A DNA stretch of 63,346 nucleotides, counting the filler, from Asterionella formosa (Eukaryota): NCBI GenBank assembly GCA_002256025.1. It is 18 parts of 18 records of this genome, joined end to end, with 100 filler letters (N's around TTAATTAATTAA, not from the genome) between each part and the next. Parts side by side here need not be neighbours in the genome. Positions count along the whole stretch, not along the records: positions 23,722 to 25,595 come from NKIB01000962.1; positions 25,696 to 27,569 come from NKIB01000963.1; positions 27,670 to 29,546 come from NKIB01000964.1; positions 29,647 to 31,520 come from NKIB01000965.1; positions 31,621 to 61,374 come from NKIB01000966.1; 13 more parts are not named here. One strand, written 5' to 3'. The notes below the pieces were generated by a model, which ran no database searches, had not been told where the DNA came from, and worked only from the letters and a program-made list of their open reading frames with translations. This document shows positions 24,477 through 37,430 of the stretch, one piece after another. The position numbers were made by a program, and so were the translations under genes. Each line of letters opens with the position of its first letter. Within the stretch, counting starts at the first letter, position 1.

Positions 24477-25415
24477 TTATTTCAACTGGCCATCAAAATG
24501 GATTTCGTCACCTTCTTGTCGATCATCATCCATTTCTATTGCTATAATTTCACTTTGTGTAGCCTTTCGTCGCTTTCGGGCAATGAGTACCATAACAAGT
24601 CCAATAAACGCCAAGGTAATGCAAAGTACAAGCAAAATTCCAATGGGGGTCCACGAGCTATTGCTGCTGACATTTTGGCTGACCTGAGCATTAACGGCCG
24701 GTGCCAAATAATCGCGACCCCCCTTGTAGGATGCTGCATCAATTTGTGTTCCTAGGAAGGATACGCGCATGGCAGTATCGGCAGAAATAGTCCCGTTCAA
24801 AACTTCCTTAGCGATGAGGTCAATAATGTCAGAGGTGTCATCAGATCCAACCACAGCGACTGTCATGACGCCTTGATATGAAATGCACGTCTCCGTCGCG
24901 TTCGGAACCAATGTATAACATGAATCTACATCAAGGACACGAAGAGCAGCGAGGGTAATGTAAGTTGGTGACTAGTCGTGTCAATTCATTGATACTTGCT
25001 CGCTTAAGCTTACCAAAGAAAGGATTCGGAGCGTCTTGAGGATCACTGCTCGCCTTGAGCAGCCATAGTCCTCCCCCTGTCGGTTCACCGTCACAAGCCA
25101 TACCATTAAAAAGTTCGTATGCAGTTGCAACCTGCTTCAGAAGGTTCGACTCGATCTCCGCTCTGGCTGTTTCCGCGTTCATCGAACTGGGAAAAGCGAG
25201 ATCGTAGAGAAACTTCACTTCGGATTCGCTGACACCTTTCTCCGTCGTGAGGCGACCTTGACAAGAGTAGGACACTGGGAAGTCCAAACTGTTGAAGACT
25301 ATTCGTAATTTGCTCATTCTAAAGAAAGTATGTCGGGTTGATACCGTTTGTGATCATTACCGGTATTCAGGTTGTGCAGAAGAATCAACAGTAAGGAGCA
25401 GGTAACCTCGTACAT
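24477..25415 (-). CDS. Single-pass type I membrane protein of unknown function; complement(join(24477..24925,25014..25274,25361..25415))
   Basis: Signal-like MYEVTCSLLLILLHNLNTV; two GT-AG introns of 86 and 88 nt keep the frame; Cys-containing ectodomain, TM IGILLVLCITLAFIGLVMVLIA followed by RKRRK; exact 3' end uncertain. Confidence 0.75.
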
Positions 25416-25695
25416 AAATGTGTATTCATAGGAGTCCAAATTTCTGTCTTGTATGTACGGTTTGGATTAACCCCGTCGGCCGACCGTTTTCGTTCTGCCG
25501 ATGATAACAACGAACAACAAGCACATAAAAGCAATGCTACGTACGAAACGCAGGACAGTACCTCTTAGGGTACCGGTAATATGATATGAGTACGTNNNNN
25601 NNNNNNNNNNNNNNNNNNNNNNNNNNNNNNNNNNNNNNNTTAATTAATTAANNNNNNNNNNNNNNNNNNNNNNNNNNNNNNNNNNNNNNNNNNNN

Positions 25696-26972
25696 ACCAC
25701 GACAGAAAAGACCGAATTTTCTTTGAGAGGTGCGGCAATGTTGAGATTGTGAGAAACGAGGAAATACAGATTCAAGTCACACCCTGTCCCAGGAAACCTC
25801 TGGTTCTATTGTGTATGGATCCGTTTCGTAAGCTCTACGAAATATTGCAGATATGGATTGATCCTGAGCATGACAGCGTTAGAGACGTGTTAGGATCAGT
25901 CAAACACAGAATATCGGAGGATAACAAATGGAGACAAGATTACGATGGAATAATTCACCTGAAAGAATCGAAAGTGTGTCAACTCATTCACTGCCTTGGC
26001 ATTCACAACTACGATGTACAGCCTTTTGAAGTTTGGATTGCCAAACCGTGGAGTTTGTCGGTCACAGTCACAGCGCACTATGGAGTGTCCCTGCTGGAAC
26101 ATTTGATTGATATTGGAGTAGTGACACGCACTGGTACATCCTATCGATTAAGCATGCTGGCACAAGGCCGAATCTATGCCCCTGACGGCACTTTGAACCA
26201 CCATCATGCACAACAATATCTAACGTTTTTCCCACCGTTTGAAAACTGCCCATTCGCACCATCTCAGGAAAGTGCAAGTGAGTCACTGGATGACCAGTCA
26301 TCGTTGCAAAGCGGAGAAGTATCTGCGCTTGGTCTACTGCAGGAGCAGATCGGTGATGTAACCCTTCAACCATCAGATCACAAATTGAATGCCCAATCAT
26401 CTAGCGGCGACAGAAATTTTACCTTCAAATCCGTTTCAAAAGTAGGCAAGTACGATCCATACGTGGTTGATGATGACAAGCGGAGCGACTCAAGCAAAAC
26501 AAATCTCCTGCGTCATGACACGATACTTCAGCAGGACACGAATGAAAAATGGCGACAATATGCCGCCAGTAAAAGTCGACTGCAACTACAAACTGATTTT
26601 AATTCTGCCGAGGAACAGCAAAGCATGAGAAATATGGTAGGATGTATGTCCAAGCTTTTGTGCAGCGGACGTGGCCCTAATCATCTGCATTACTCCAAGT
26701 TCCCTTCAAATAAAGCCACTTTAGATAGGATGGAAGAAAAGTCGGCATCAAGCGGCAACCATTCCTCGATGTCTAGTGGAAAGCCTTCACTTGACTTCGG
26801 AACTTTGAACATTGATGATGAGGAAGACTCTGTAGCTTCTCGAGATTCATCGAACGCAGATCGAAGTGATACCCCTCTGTTACTTCATCACAGCTTTCCC
26901 GTAGACAAGGTGTTTCCAACACGAAAGAACAAAGTGACTAATTCGGATTCTTCACCGTCGAAGTGCAGGTAG
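25696..26972 (+). CDS. Hypothetical protein, 5'-partial (globular N-terminal domain, Ser/Asp-rich tail)
   Basis: Uninterrupted ORF of more than 407 aa; no recognised domain. Confidence 0.75.
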
Positions 26973-27421
26973 GCAAGGTCACGCTACAAGAATGTAATTT
27001 AGGTTATGTTTGACAAGACTCGCTTTGTTAAGGATTCATCAAACTAAAATGTTGGCAGCACCTTACTTTTTCCTTTGGACATCACACTTTATATAATGGT
27101 ATGATACCGCCTGTATAAACCGCTTTGCGTCATGCCTGCTGATGATTAATTAATATTACACCCGATATATATTATAGCATTACATCACTACCGGTATATA
27201 TGTATCACCTTGCATCATGATGTGTGAGCAAATGTCGTGGTGCAATATTATTTACGCGACTTGATATACCGGACATTGGCTCATCGTCTCATGCATGATC
27301 TTTTACTATGGGTCCCCTCCAGAAACCTGTTGGCGTGGTTCCAAATCACTTTTTTGGTAAATTCCTGCGTTCCTGCCCTTGGTGCTCTTGATTACTCCTT
27401 TCCATTCTAAAGCATCAAGAC

Positions 27422-27569
27422 ATGGAATCTCAACACGGTATAGGATCGACTGATTCGATGTTGCTATCCTGGGGATCATCTGTGAACGTTTGCGAGGATT
27501 CGCGCCGAGCCATTCGCCAAGAAATCGATCAAATTGACAACAGCATTGCCAATCTTCACGGCAAAGTCA
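27422..27569 (+). CDS. 5' end of a hypothetical (coiled-coil) protein
   Basis: ATG in ACATGG context after an intergenic region, open to the contig end. Confidence 0.45.
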
Positions 27570-27669
27570 NNNNNNNNNNNNNNNNNNNNNNNNNNNNNNN
27601 NNNNNNNNNNNNNTTAATTAATTAANNNNNNNNNNNNNNNNNNNNNNNNNNNNNNNNNNNNNNNNNNNN

Positions 27670-29215
27670 TCAATTTTGTATCAATGATACAAAATTGATA
27701 CCATCAAGTTACCGTTGCTGATACCGTGTTTTGATACCAACCGTCATTTTTTGCCCACAACCCGGAAATGATACAGCAAATTCGGAATGATAAGAATCAT
27801 GGGTCGAGTTAGGGGTATGATCTATATACAGATATGGTAAGGACCTCATTTCTGTAGAGAAGTGGCAGTTATCCCTCTTGGAATCGTAACTATCCAAAAA
27901 AATAGTCAAAAAGGGGGCCATCAAGCTTCTAAAAAAATCTACGAGGGATAACTGCCACTTCTCTGCAGAAGTTACCTCCTGACGTTATAAGGTACACAGC
28001 TATCTATTTCATTCTTCATGAAACCCCGTAGATGTAGAGCAATCCTCCTCCAAAAAAGTCGACCCGATCGGCTTTTTCAACAGTCGCCAAAATATTGGAA
28101 TCGGAATTTGTATGTGCAAAATCGTTCTCGTATAGTTAGAGTCTTGCGTAGGTATGTTTTGCTGAATAATTCTCTGTCTGAAAAAACTCCAGGGTAAGTT
28201 CCTGCGTCTCTACACATATTCTGATTGGTTGAATTGAATTTATCACCTGCTTCAGATTCACTGAAGTATCCCGGTCTTGTAAAATCTCGCCAGCCACACT
28301 TGAACCACATGTATTAGATGTACTGAATACTGGCTTGTAAAATCAGTACCGGTACTACCGGTAGTACTACTGCTAGTACATCCTGTCTTCCTTCATGATG
28401 AACCAAGATTATGTACTACCGGTACTTGGTTCTCCAAGTACCGAAATACCATTACTCTGGGACTCCGGTACTGATTTAGTTACCGGTATATACCTTTTTG
28501 CGTGGAGTGATATTGAAACTACATACAGCAACGTAGATTCATTATGAACGTAGAAGCAAGAGCCATGAGCATACATGTTGGCATACTCCAAATTCATATA
28601 TGTGTTTTGCTGTTGAGCAAAATTATGTCTACATTCAGCAACGTAGAAGAAGTATAGACATTTAAATATCATTAAAAAAAGGGAACTCTATCAATCTGGC
28701 GCCGATTCCTATTTAATTCAAATATTCAAATGGACACTCGAATCATGAGAATTCAAAGTAGGAAACTCCCTGTTCCACGCCGTTTTTACAACCCTTGGGT
28801 TATTTTCTCTGAAATAGGGTTAAGGGCTGCAACCTTAACATTTCAATAGAAATCTTTGATCTTTGATCTTGTTAGATAGCTGATTGAAGTCGCAATGCAA
28901 GATTCGACTCGTTGGAGTGTAATCGAGTCCACAATCCTCGTGACTCAAGATAATATTCTTGACACCATACATAGATGTGTATTCATTCAGAACCATATGT
29001 CGATTTGGTTATTGTAGACAACTAAGGGTCGTTCTTATCATTCCGAATTTGCTGTATCATTTCCGGGTTGCGGGCAAAAAGTGACGGTTGGTATCAAAAC
29101 ACAGTATCAGCAACGGTAACTTGATGGTATCAATTTTGTATCATTGATACAAAATTGATACCTTTTTTTGCCCCCCCCCAAAACGGTATCAGTGATACTG
29201 ACGTTTTCACGCGGG
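27670..29215. mobile_element. Non-autonomous DNA transposon with long TIRs (left tip missing)
   Basis: 27670-27796 is the reverse complement of 29032-29158 (about 4 mismatches); right end TTTTCACGCGGG|TA; many GATAC/GTATC motifs; no coding interior. Confidence 0.85.
27851..27969. repeat. Nested 27-bp inverted repeat (small MITE-like)
   Basis: TCTGTAGAGAAGTGGCAGTTATCCCTC ... GAGGGATAACTGCCACTTCTCTGCAGA, one mismatch. Confidence 0.8.
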
Positions 29216-29646
29216 TATCATTTCCGTTGTCACTAATAAAATAACCGAAAATAAGCCTGCAAGGCAAGGCACCAGTGATAATATAAATGGCATATACTAT
29301 TCCTTCAATTTTATGCTGGCTGCGTACATCGTCCAAGCAACACCATTTATACAATTATAGTACAGCACCAGACAGAAAGTTATACTTGGCGATCTTATAA
29401 CTCCCAAGTGTTTTTGTGTATTTGTTACTACAGATCAGTCATTTGAATCTCCCTGAAGATACTACAAGCAAGGCAAATGGAACCGCATAGTATGAAACCA
29501 GTCACACAAACGCAAACAACAACTGTTGATGTGGAGACCACTGTATNNNNNNNNNNNNNNNNNNNNNNNNNNNNNNNNNNNNNNNNNNNNTTAATTAATT
29601 AANNNNNNNNNNNNNNNNNNNNNNNNNNNNNNNNNNNNNNNNNNNN

Positions 29647-30322
29647 AGCTGTCCCAGTTGACGTTGGAATTGTGAAATCCAAAACAGGAGGTACTCGATA
29701 TTCTCTTCTGATTGAAGAAGATGGAAATGGTGAATTTGAGATTGCCAGGGTTTCATCATCATCAAGTAGCATCTGCAAAACTGGGGTTGACCGAGATCTG
29801 GTGCGAGTTCTAGGCGACCAACTCCTTCCTTTCATTTTATCTATGGAAATTGAAGTGATGTGCGACCACACTCGTAGTGACAACGTAATATTTCATGCCC
29901 ATCCAAGCTACCGTGGTGGTCATTCCTGGTATGATTGGGCAGAGTTTGCTTGGTTAGATGGAGAAACAGGAGTTGAGTCAATTGTGCTTGGCCAGATCTA
30001 CGGTTTTATTGAATTGGGATTGGGTCCGTCTTCGATCAATTTCACTGATCCAAGATTACCATCATCCTTGAGAAATCAAAGCCCCGGTGTCTTTGCAATT
30101 ATTCACTCTTGTAAATATGCCTCAGAATCTTTGCACAACTACTCAAGGTTGCTGTTAGGGGCTGATCTCACATTGGATCGACATGGAAACAAAGGACTTT
30201 TGTTTGTTCCCGTGGATTGCATTCATTCTCCTGCTGTTGTTGTTCCTAATTTAGGAGCCTCTCCAGGTAAGGTGATTCAAATCAAGCCGCAGTCTGCCTG
30301 GGCATCCCTGTTCCATTTTTGA
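29647..30322 (+). mobile_element. Plavaka/CACTA-like transposase C-terminal region, 5'-partial
   Basis: IFHAHPSYRGGHSWYDWA, LGQIYGF, VPVDCIHSPAVVVPN, terminal W..LF. Confidence 0.65.
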
Positions 30323-30532
30323 TTTGCTGGTTGATGCGATTGCATAAGGCAATCTATGAAAGAAATGTTAAGAAAAAATTTGTAGTTGATGATGTGGAAA
30401 CGATTAATATTACTACAAAACCAACAAAAAAGGGAAGTAAGGTAACATATAATTATCAATTTTTATAGAAATCATTAATCTCCTTGATTCATTAGTAAGG
30501 TATTAGGAGATGCTAAACATTCACTCATTTAC

Positions 30533-31520
30533 TCACAATGCAGATTCATAGTCAGAATCAATCACTTTGAACTGGTCCTCCTCATCTAACTTGGAATCCG
30601 ATTTTTCACCACCAGTAGAGGTTTCACAACTAGTTGAGGACACAGCAGAAGACGAGGTTTCAGAGGAGGATGGGGTTGTAGATGGAGAACGTAAAAGATT
30701 CTCGCCATCGGCAGGGACATGGATGAGAACTTTTCCTGGGATGGAAACATTCTCCGAGAGAATAGAATATTTTTGAAGGCCTTTTTTGGGCATCGTATTA
30801 CCTTTTTCTTTTCGAGCAACATTAACTTCATTCTTTGCAAAGAAAGGTGGGACAGTAGGTTGGATTTTTTTGACAGATTTTTCAACAGATTTGAGAAATT
30901 CCAAAGAAGGACCATCCTCGGAGACATTGGAACTATCTTCGTCTTGGCTTTGTGAATTCAGCTTGCTGGTGTGCTCTGTTGGAGGCACAGGTTTGGGTAC
31001 CGGTTTGATATGATCCTTCTTCTGGAGAATAAGACGAAGTCTACCCTTCGTGACCTCATCATCCTTCTTGTCGACCGCAGGCACCTCCTTCACACTTGAT
31101 TTCTGAACAGACTTGAGAAATTCCAAAGAAGGAACATCCTCTGAGAGAATGGAACTATCTTCGTCGTCTTTGCCTTGCGGAATCACTCTGGTGGTATGCT
31201 GAATCACTCTGGTGATATGCTTGGTTGGAGGCACAGTTTTCAGACCAGGTTGGACATGATCCTGCTGAAGGGAGATAGAATGTGGGAGCTTGATGATAGA
31301 CCAGGTTTCACCTAAAGTTTCATCTGTGTTCCTATCTCGCTGGAGGGTAAGATGTGGACCCTTCTCGACCTGCTTATGATCCTTGCAGTTGATCCCAAGC
31401 AACTTCATATTCGATTTTTCAACAGACTTGAGAAATTCCAAAGAAGGACCAGCATCTGAGGCATCCTCTGAGGCGATGGAAATATCTTCTTCGTCTTTGC
31501 CTTGTCGATTAGCCTTGGTG
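30533..31520 (-). CDS. Repetitive low-complexity protein, 5'-partial, convergent with the transposase
   Basis: Open frame with three DED.S..SED.PSLEFLKSV.KS repeats. Confidence 0.6.
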
Positions 31521-31620
31521 NNNNNNNNNNNNNNNNNNNNNNNNNNNNNNNNNNNNNNNNNNNNTTAATTAATTAANNNNNNNNNNNNNNNNNNNNNNNN
31601 NNNNNNNNNNNNNNNNNNNN

Positions 31621-32552
31621 AAGATCTGCAGAGGCAGATTGAATCTGTTGAATTCAACTTTTCGCATCCAGTTTGGTGTAAGCGATCCAAGGAAGCACAG
31701 AATTTCGTATCGTCGTTGCTACGAAGAGAACCATCCAAGCGACCAGACACAAGACGAGCCCTCAAACACCCCTGGCTCAAAATTGTTTTCGACGAGAATG
31801 GCACTCTCCCTGTTTTCATTGAGAATGATAAGGAAAGCAAGGAGTTCAACATGATTCATACCGCATTAGTATTCCAGCGAGATGCGTTGAACGTTTTGTC
31901 CTACAAATATAGCGTAGCTGCGATACAAGGCGCCCGTGCATTATTGGAAACTGTGGACAGTGACAGCATTGCGTTCGGGGACTTTCTTCAAGCGCTTCAG
32001 AAAAACGGAATTTCACATGAAGATATTGTCAAGATTTTCCACAGGGTAAATGTATCTGATTTGGTCTGCATTGACTATATTGGTATTCTCGACAAAGCTA
32101 TTAAAGCACGGGGGTACATTGTAGAAGTCAGACTTGCTGAGGCTTTCGATGCAATGGACATCAGCAACAGGGGATATGTAACAAAGGATGAAATTCTGGC
32201 CATGCTTGTATCTGCAGATTACACGTTGAATGTTGACAACATTTTTGAGTCCATCGTAGATGATGGAAGGATCACTTACCACGAATTCCTTCGTTTCTTT
32301 GACAATGAAATCGAAGGACTGAGCGATGAAAAAGTCAGAACTTCGCAGACTCGGGGTTTTAATCAGAGAAGGACTACATTAGTGCAACGACTGAGTTCCA
32401 GGCGATTTTTGCCCAAGAATTCGGATGGAACGATGGAATTGAAATCCCTTGGCGGTATCAGAACTACCTCGTCCAACCAATTCCGTAGAGAGACATTGGA
32501 GTCACTTCGCCGCTCATTGTCGACACGAAATAATGCAACAAAAGCACACTAA
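31621..32552 (+). CDS. Calcium-dependent protein kinase, C-terminal part
   Basis: Kinase end W...SKEAQNFVSSLLRREPSKRP....ALKHPWL; EF-hands DISNRGYVTKDE and DDGRITYHEF. Confidence 0.85.
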
Positions 32553-32731
32553 AATTTCAATTTGTTTTACTTTATATTGATACGATTTGTACGTGAATGT
32601 AACGGGAATACGTACATTGTGTTGTGCACATATATAGAATGGATGTTGTGATTAGCTTCCGGGGGAATGCCTCCTTCCATACTCGAATACCGCCTCCATG
32701 ACATATGGTAGTATCCTGTTGATTTTAGGTA

Positions 32732-33706
32732 CTAATAGGGCGCAGCAGCAGGTTTCTCAACTAGCTCCTCAATCACTTCCTCAACCTACACAATAAGTGA
32801 AAACAAAGATAGTGAGATAGCTAAAAACGGATTAGTATGCCGACATTGTACTTTTCCCTCGTGTTACTTACTGTGTGACTTCCGTCAGGGTTTACAGTGG
32901 TTGTAATGGTCTTCTTCGTTCCATCTGGCTCCATGACAGTTTTGATCGTGACGGTTCCGGGTGTCTCCGTATCTTGGACTGTGCCAGGAAGGAAATCGTC
33001 CACATATGGAGGAAACTTGCAAACCACAGCAGCCGAGACGAGGGCAAGAATGATAGCAGCCACACCTGTTCCGGATCCTGCACTGAATGAACAGGCGAAG
33101 GTGGTGCAAACATCGCTGGAATAGACAATGAAGACCAAAGATTCAAAAAAGAAACCGAAGAACAATAGCAGGCCAATCACCTTGATAAACTTATCCGGCA
33201 AAGCCATACATGTCATGCAAATAATGGAAATCATGGAAATTCCGAGGCAGACGTTTGCACAAACCGCCATCCACGCGGACGCCTTCCATTTGTTATCCAA
33301 TAAGTTATCATACGCGTTTTGAGTCCACGTGACACACTCGTCATTCTGAAAAGTGTCCTCAAACCTAAAGAGTCCAAGTCCAATTGTTTGACCTTGAGGT
33401 GGATACCGAAAGAGACCTTCCAAGGCTGCTGCTGCATCTCCAGAAACCAAGTGGCAGTCATAGGCTGTATTCACAGCACAGCCATATGCAGCGATGCTGA
33501 GGATAAGGGCGATAAGGGTATGTGATTTCCCATGAGGGAATTTGCTGGGGAAAGGAATTGTGCCGCAGTGTGAGTAAAAGGAAAAGCCTGAGCCCAAAAG
33601 TCACATTGATATCTACTGTACGCCTTCTGGATCATCGATGAACAACGTCGCTTCGAAACGCGAAAGACAATCCAGCTCCAACTTACCAGCAGCCTTTGCA
33701 AGACAT
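32732..33706 (-). CDS. Four-TM claudin-like membrane protein; complement(join(32732..32785,32872..33544,33687..33706))
   Basis: Four hydrophobic helices, GLF..C..W extracellular loop; two GTAAGT..AG introns give MSCKGCCKFPHG...VEEVIEELVEKPAAAPY*. Confidence 0.8.
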
Positions 33707-34533
33707 GGTGAATTTACGAAAGGTTGAAAAGGTGGAGTGAAATCAACTGCTGACAGTAACACCGAAGTGGGATTGCAACGCATTCACTGGTCTTATTATG
33801 AGATGCAATTTCTTCTGTTGATGTTCGAGTCTACTACCTTTTGGAATTCCGGTACAAACCTGTGAAATGCATCCTTTTCTTCTTCAAGTCGGTACCAGGT
33901 AAAAGGTACCTGGTAGCAAATACTACGGTACCAGGTGCCAGTAGAATCCAAGATACCACCCAGCTGAGCAGGCAATTGCAGTAGAATACAAGAAGAGAAG
34001 TGTACCATAGGCTACATTCAGATTCATCACTATACCGTAGTCTCCCGGTATTCCGCTATGGATACCATATGCATAGCCTAATACAAACACCCTGCTACTG
34101 CAACTTCCGAGAGGTGATCGTAGATGTCTGTCGTACCAGGTATACCAGGTACCGTACCGCTAACGAGAGGACTGAGTATGTCGCGGTAATACCGCTGTTT
34201 CCATTATAAAAATACCAAAACAGAGCGACCTTGGATCGCGATGTTCTTGACATCATACTGTCGTTTTGGTGTCACAAATCGAGGCAGTATCCAAAGTACG
34301 TGAAATCGAAGTATGGACATCCAATGATTCGGTGAGTTTAATGAGAACTCCTTTGAAAGAAGAACTATTCCAATACGTACAAGGTACTTGGTACCAGGCA
34401 CTCCAACGAACAATGAAACCAGATGCGTACCCGTTACCGGATACCTTTACCGGGTAGACTACTGGTACGCTACCAGGTAGGTATCTGGTACTGGGTGTCA
34501 ATCAGTCAATCATATTCCAGCCATGCAGTGGTA

Positions 34534-34629
34534 CCAGCAAGTTGTGGTCATTTTGCTTAAACAAACATTTCAATCTTTGATACAGATAGCTAAATCTTTA
34601 GTTTCAGCAAATTTACCGCAACTTGCAGG
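34534..34629. mobile_element. MITE family C, copy 2 (96 bp, TA TSD)
   Basis: TA|CCAGCAAGTTGTGGTCATTTTGCT...AGCAAATTTACCGCAACTTGCAGG|TA. Confidence 0.88.
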
Positions 34630-35035
34630 TAAATGACGTTGAGGAAAACCAACACGACAGCATGATACAGGCGACGTTCAAATGATGACTGTTCTTGTTT
34701 GGAGTTCTTTGAACAATTCCTGCACGGCACGACTGCAGGCACAAGTCACTTTAGAAAAAATGCAACAATGTTACCGGAACAGCACTTACGTTCAACTACC
34801 GGTAGACCAAGACAGTTTTACTCATAAATATATACAATGCCAGTCAATAAGTGACTTCTACTGTATGAACATACGGTAACAGGTATTACCTGTTTACTCA
34901 GGAGTGGAAGTCTGAGGCCCAATAGGCTCAGAACAAACAAGCATGAATCCATCCAGTACATGCTCAAGATACATCCTAGAGATTAAGAAATAGAAAATAA
35001 ATGATTTTTTCTCCATTAGGGGTGGGTTTCCCACT

Positions 35036-35595
35036 GTTGCTTACATTTTTCTCTTGTTGCTACCACTGGTTCCCCATGTATGATGATTCAACAAAGTGGA
35101 ACTCTCATGCTATTTTGACATCCTTGACCTCGCTCCCTGGAATGTTTCCATTTCTTTTGGAACATTTGCATTTACATTAGGACTACTGAGATACAGTCGT
35201 CTGTCCACTGTGCTCTGAAACAAGAACAAGGGAAATATTGTGGGACCATGGAACAAAGAAAGAATTAAAGTAACCCAGCAATGCTGCGGCAAGGGGAGAT
35301 AAAAATGCTGGCATGATTGATTAAATAGTATATGCTGATTGTGTAACTGAATTAAATTGTACTAGGCAGCAACTCTGGATCAGTCTCTCCTCTCAGCCAG
35401 CACTGTCCCTCATTCCTGTTGTCACTGTTAACTAGGTCTCATTCTTTACTACCAGATTCTGAAACCACCACTGTTTATATGTTGACTTTGATTACTTATA
35501 GGGTGATGCTTTATCATAAATGCAAGGTTGATCATCAGTTACAAACAATACAAATAGGGAACCAGTGGTAGCAACAAGACAAAAATGTAAGAAAC
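35036..35595. mobile_element. Inverted-repeat element (MITE-like, about 560 bp)
   Basis: GTTGCTTACATTTTTCTCTTGTTGCTACCACTGGTTCCC vs GGGAACCAGTGGTAGCAACAAGACAAAAATGTAAGAAAC. Confidence 0.7.
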
Positions 35596-35899
35596 GCTTA
35601 TTGACTTGCTGAATATTTAGTGAAAATAAGTCATCGCGGATGTCATTGACTTATTTATTATGCAGATTGCACCAATTTTGAGCAAATTTGATTATGGAAC
35701 ACGTCATGAATTAGCCATGCACTATAGTAGGTGAGAAGTTTCTGTACATTTATATAGACTGAGGATTCAATTTTTTGATTGAAATATAATCCCAGAATTT
35801 ATCGTTCATCTTTCATATGGCATTGTTGATTAGTACAGAATGGAATCTAGCGGAATGAGTTCGGGTTACATACGAAGAATCTGGCCTACAAATTTTATT

Positions 35900-37430
35900 C
35901 CTCCCGACTGATGACGCCTGGACAATCCTCCACCTTATTCAGGATCGGGCTATAGAAATTTGGCAGGACCACCTAGAAGAATTTTGCAGAGAATCGGCAT
36001 AAAAGAATGATGAACCCAAAGCACAGATGCTTAAACAGATTATGTATGCAGGCAGAGTACATTAATCATTTATGGCTGCGATTGAGAAAGTACGCTAAAG
36101 GTGATATTCGCACAACACTAAATAAAATCGACGTTCCAGAATACAATAGTACTGGAGAAATAATCAATTTTTGCACAGTGACTGATGCGTCGGAAAGAAT
36201 GTTTCAACATCTGCTGCATCGAAACAGCGAGCACTTTTCTCAGGCAGCAATTACACCATTTGTCAATTGTATCTTCGGGACGCACCTTCGCCCATTCCAA
36301 CAGAACGATTTCTCAGCAGCAATTCTACATGGTACCACAGATATCACGTCATTCAAAGTCAATGAGGCTTTACAAGCTTGCATCCAGGAAATGCGTTGCT
36401 TACCCTGAAGGAGAAGACGGGAGCTGTCCAGTGTCATCATCCATATCACTAGGAAATTGTCAGACAGGTTTAAAAATTGTCTCAGAAAAGATCTCTTCTT
36501 CGCTAGCCAAGTGGACGTCATTTAGGACGCTACAAATCCACCATCAACGAAAATAATATCTGCATGGTTTATGCCACACTGATTTCAATTCCATTTGAAT
36601 TTGATTTTACTTTAGACCAATGGCTCAATGCATTACAAGTTATGCTAGAGAAAAGTAAAGGAAATCCCAGGCCGGACAAATTGCGAGTAATTCAACTTAT
36701 TGAGGCAGATTTAAATATGATGCTAAGAATTATATTTGGACGCAGATTGGTTCATTCGGCAGAAGATAATTATTATCGATTCAGTCAACTTCAGGCGACG
36801 ACACAGACACCGATGATCATTCTCCAAAAGGATAGCAAAGAAGTTCCCCATAACTTAGGTGCCAGATTAGCACCTGGAGGAAATAAAAATAATGAACAGG
36901 CACACTTAATTCACAAGGGGAGAACAATAAGCCAAAATATATCCACCTCGAAGCTACATAAGAATGAAGTGATGATGGCATACAGAGTCATGTTAAGACC
37001 AGCAATTAATTATCCCTTATGTGGATCCACTTTCTCTGCGGATGAAGGCAACAGCATCAACCGGTCTTATCTTCCAACTCTTCTAACAAGAATGGATTTC
37101 AATTCCAAAACAAAAAGCGTATTCTGGTTTTTTTGACCGCCATCACTCCGTTGCTTTGGATTCACAAATACATACATGGATCAGGGCATCTCCCAGGTCA
37201 ATATTCTAGTCAGTCATTTACGCAACCGTGATGAGATTGGAAAACTCATCAAAGTTTTCACCGAAAAACTGCGGTTGATCATTGGCTTATAGAAAACTCC
37301 ATTCACATACTGTCCCAACCTCTTTTTAAGGTTTATTGAACCCACAAAGATTAGTAGTAGCAGTGTATGGGAATTTATTTCTTCCTCACAAGGCACCCTC
37401 ATTTTAGAGGACAATTGAGGTTTCCACGAC
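35900..37430 (+). mobile_element. Degraded non-LTR retrotransposon (diatom LINE-like) with the RT core deleted
   Basis: W....VMLEK.KGNP..DKLRVIQLIEADLN, LG.RLAP.G, LRPAINYPL, GF.NTY.DQG; many stops and frameshifts. Confidence 0.85.
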
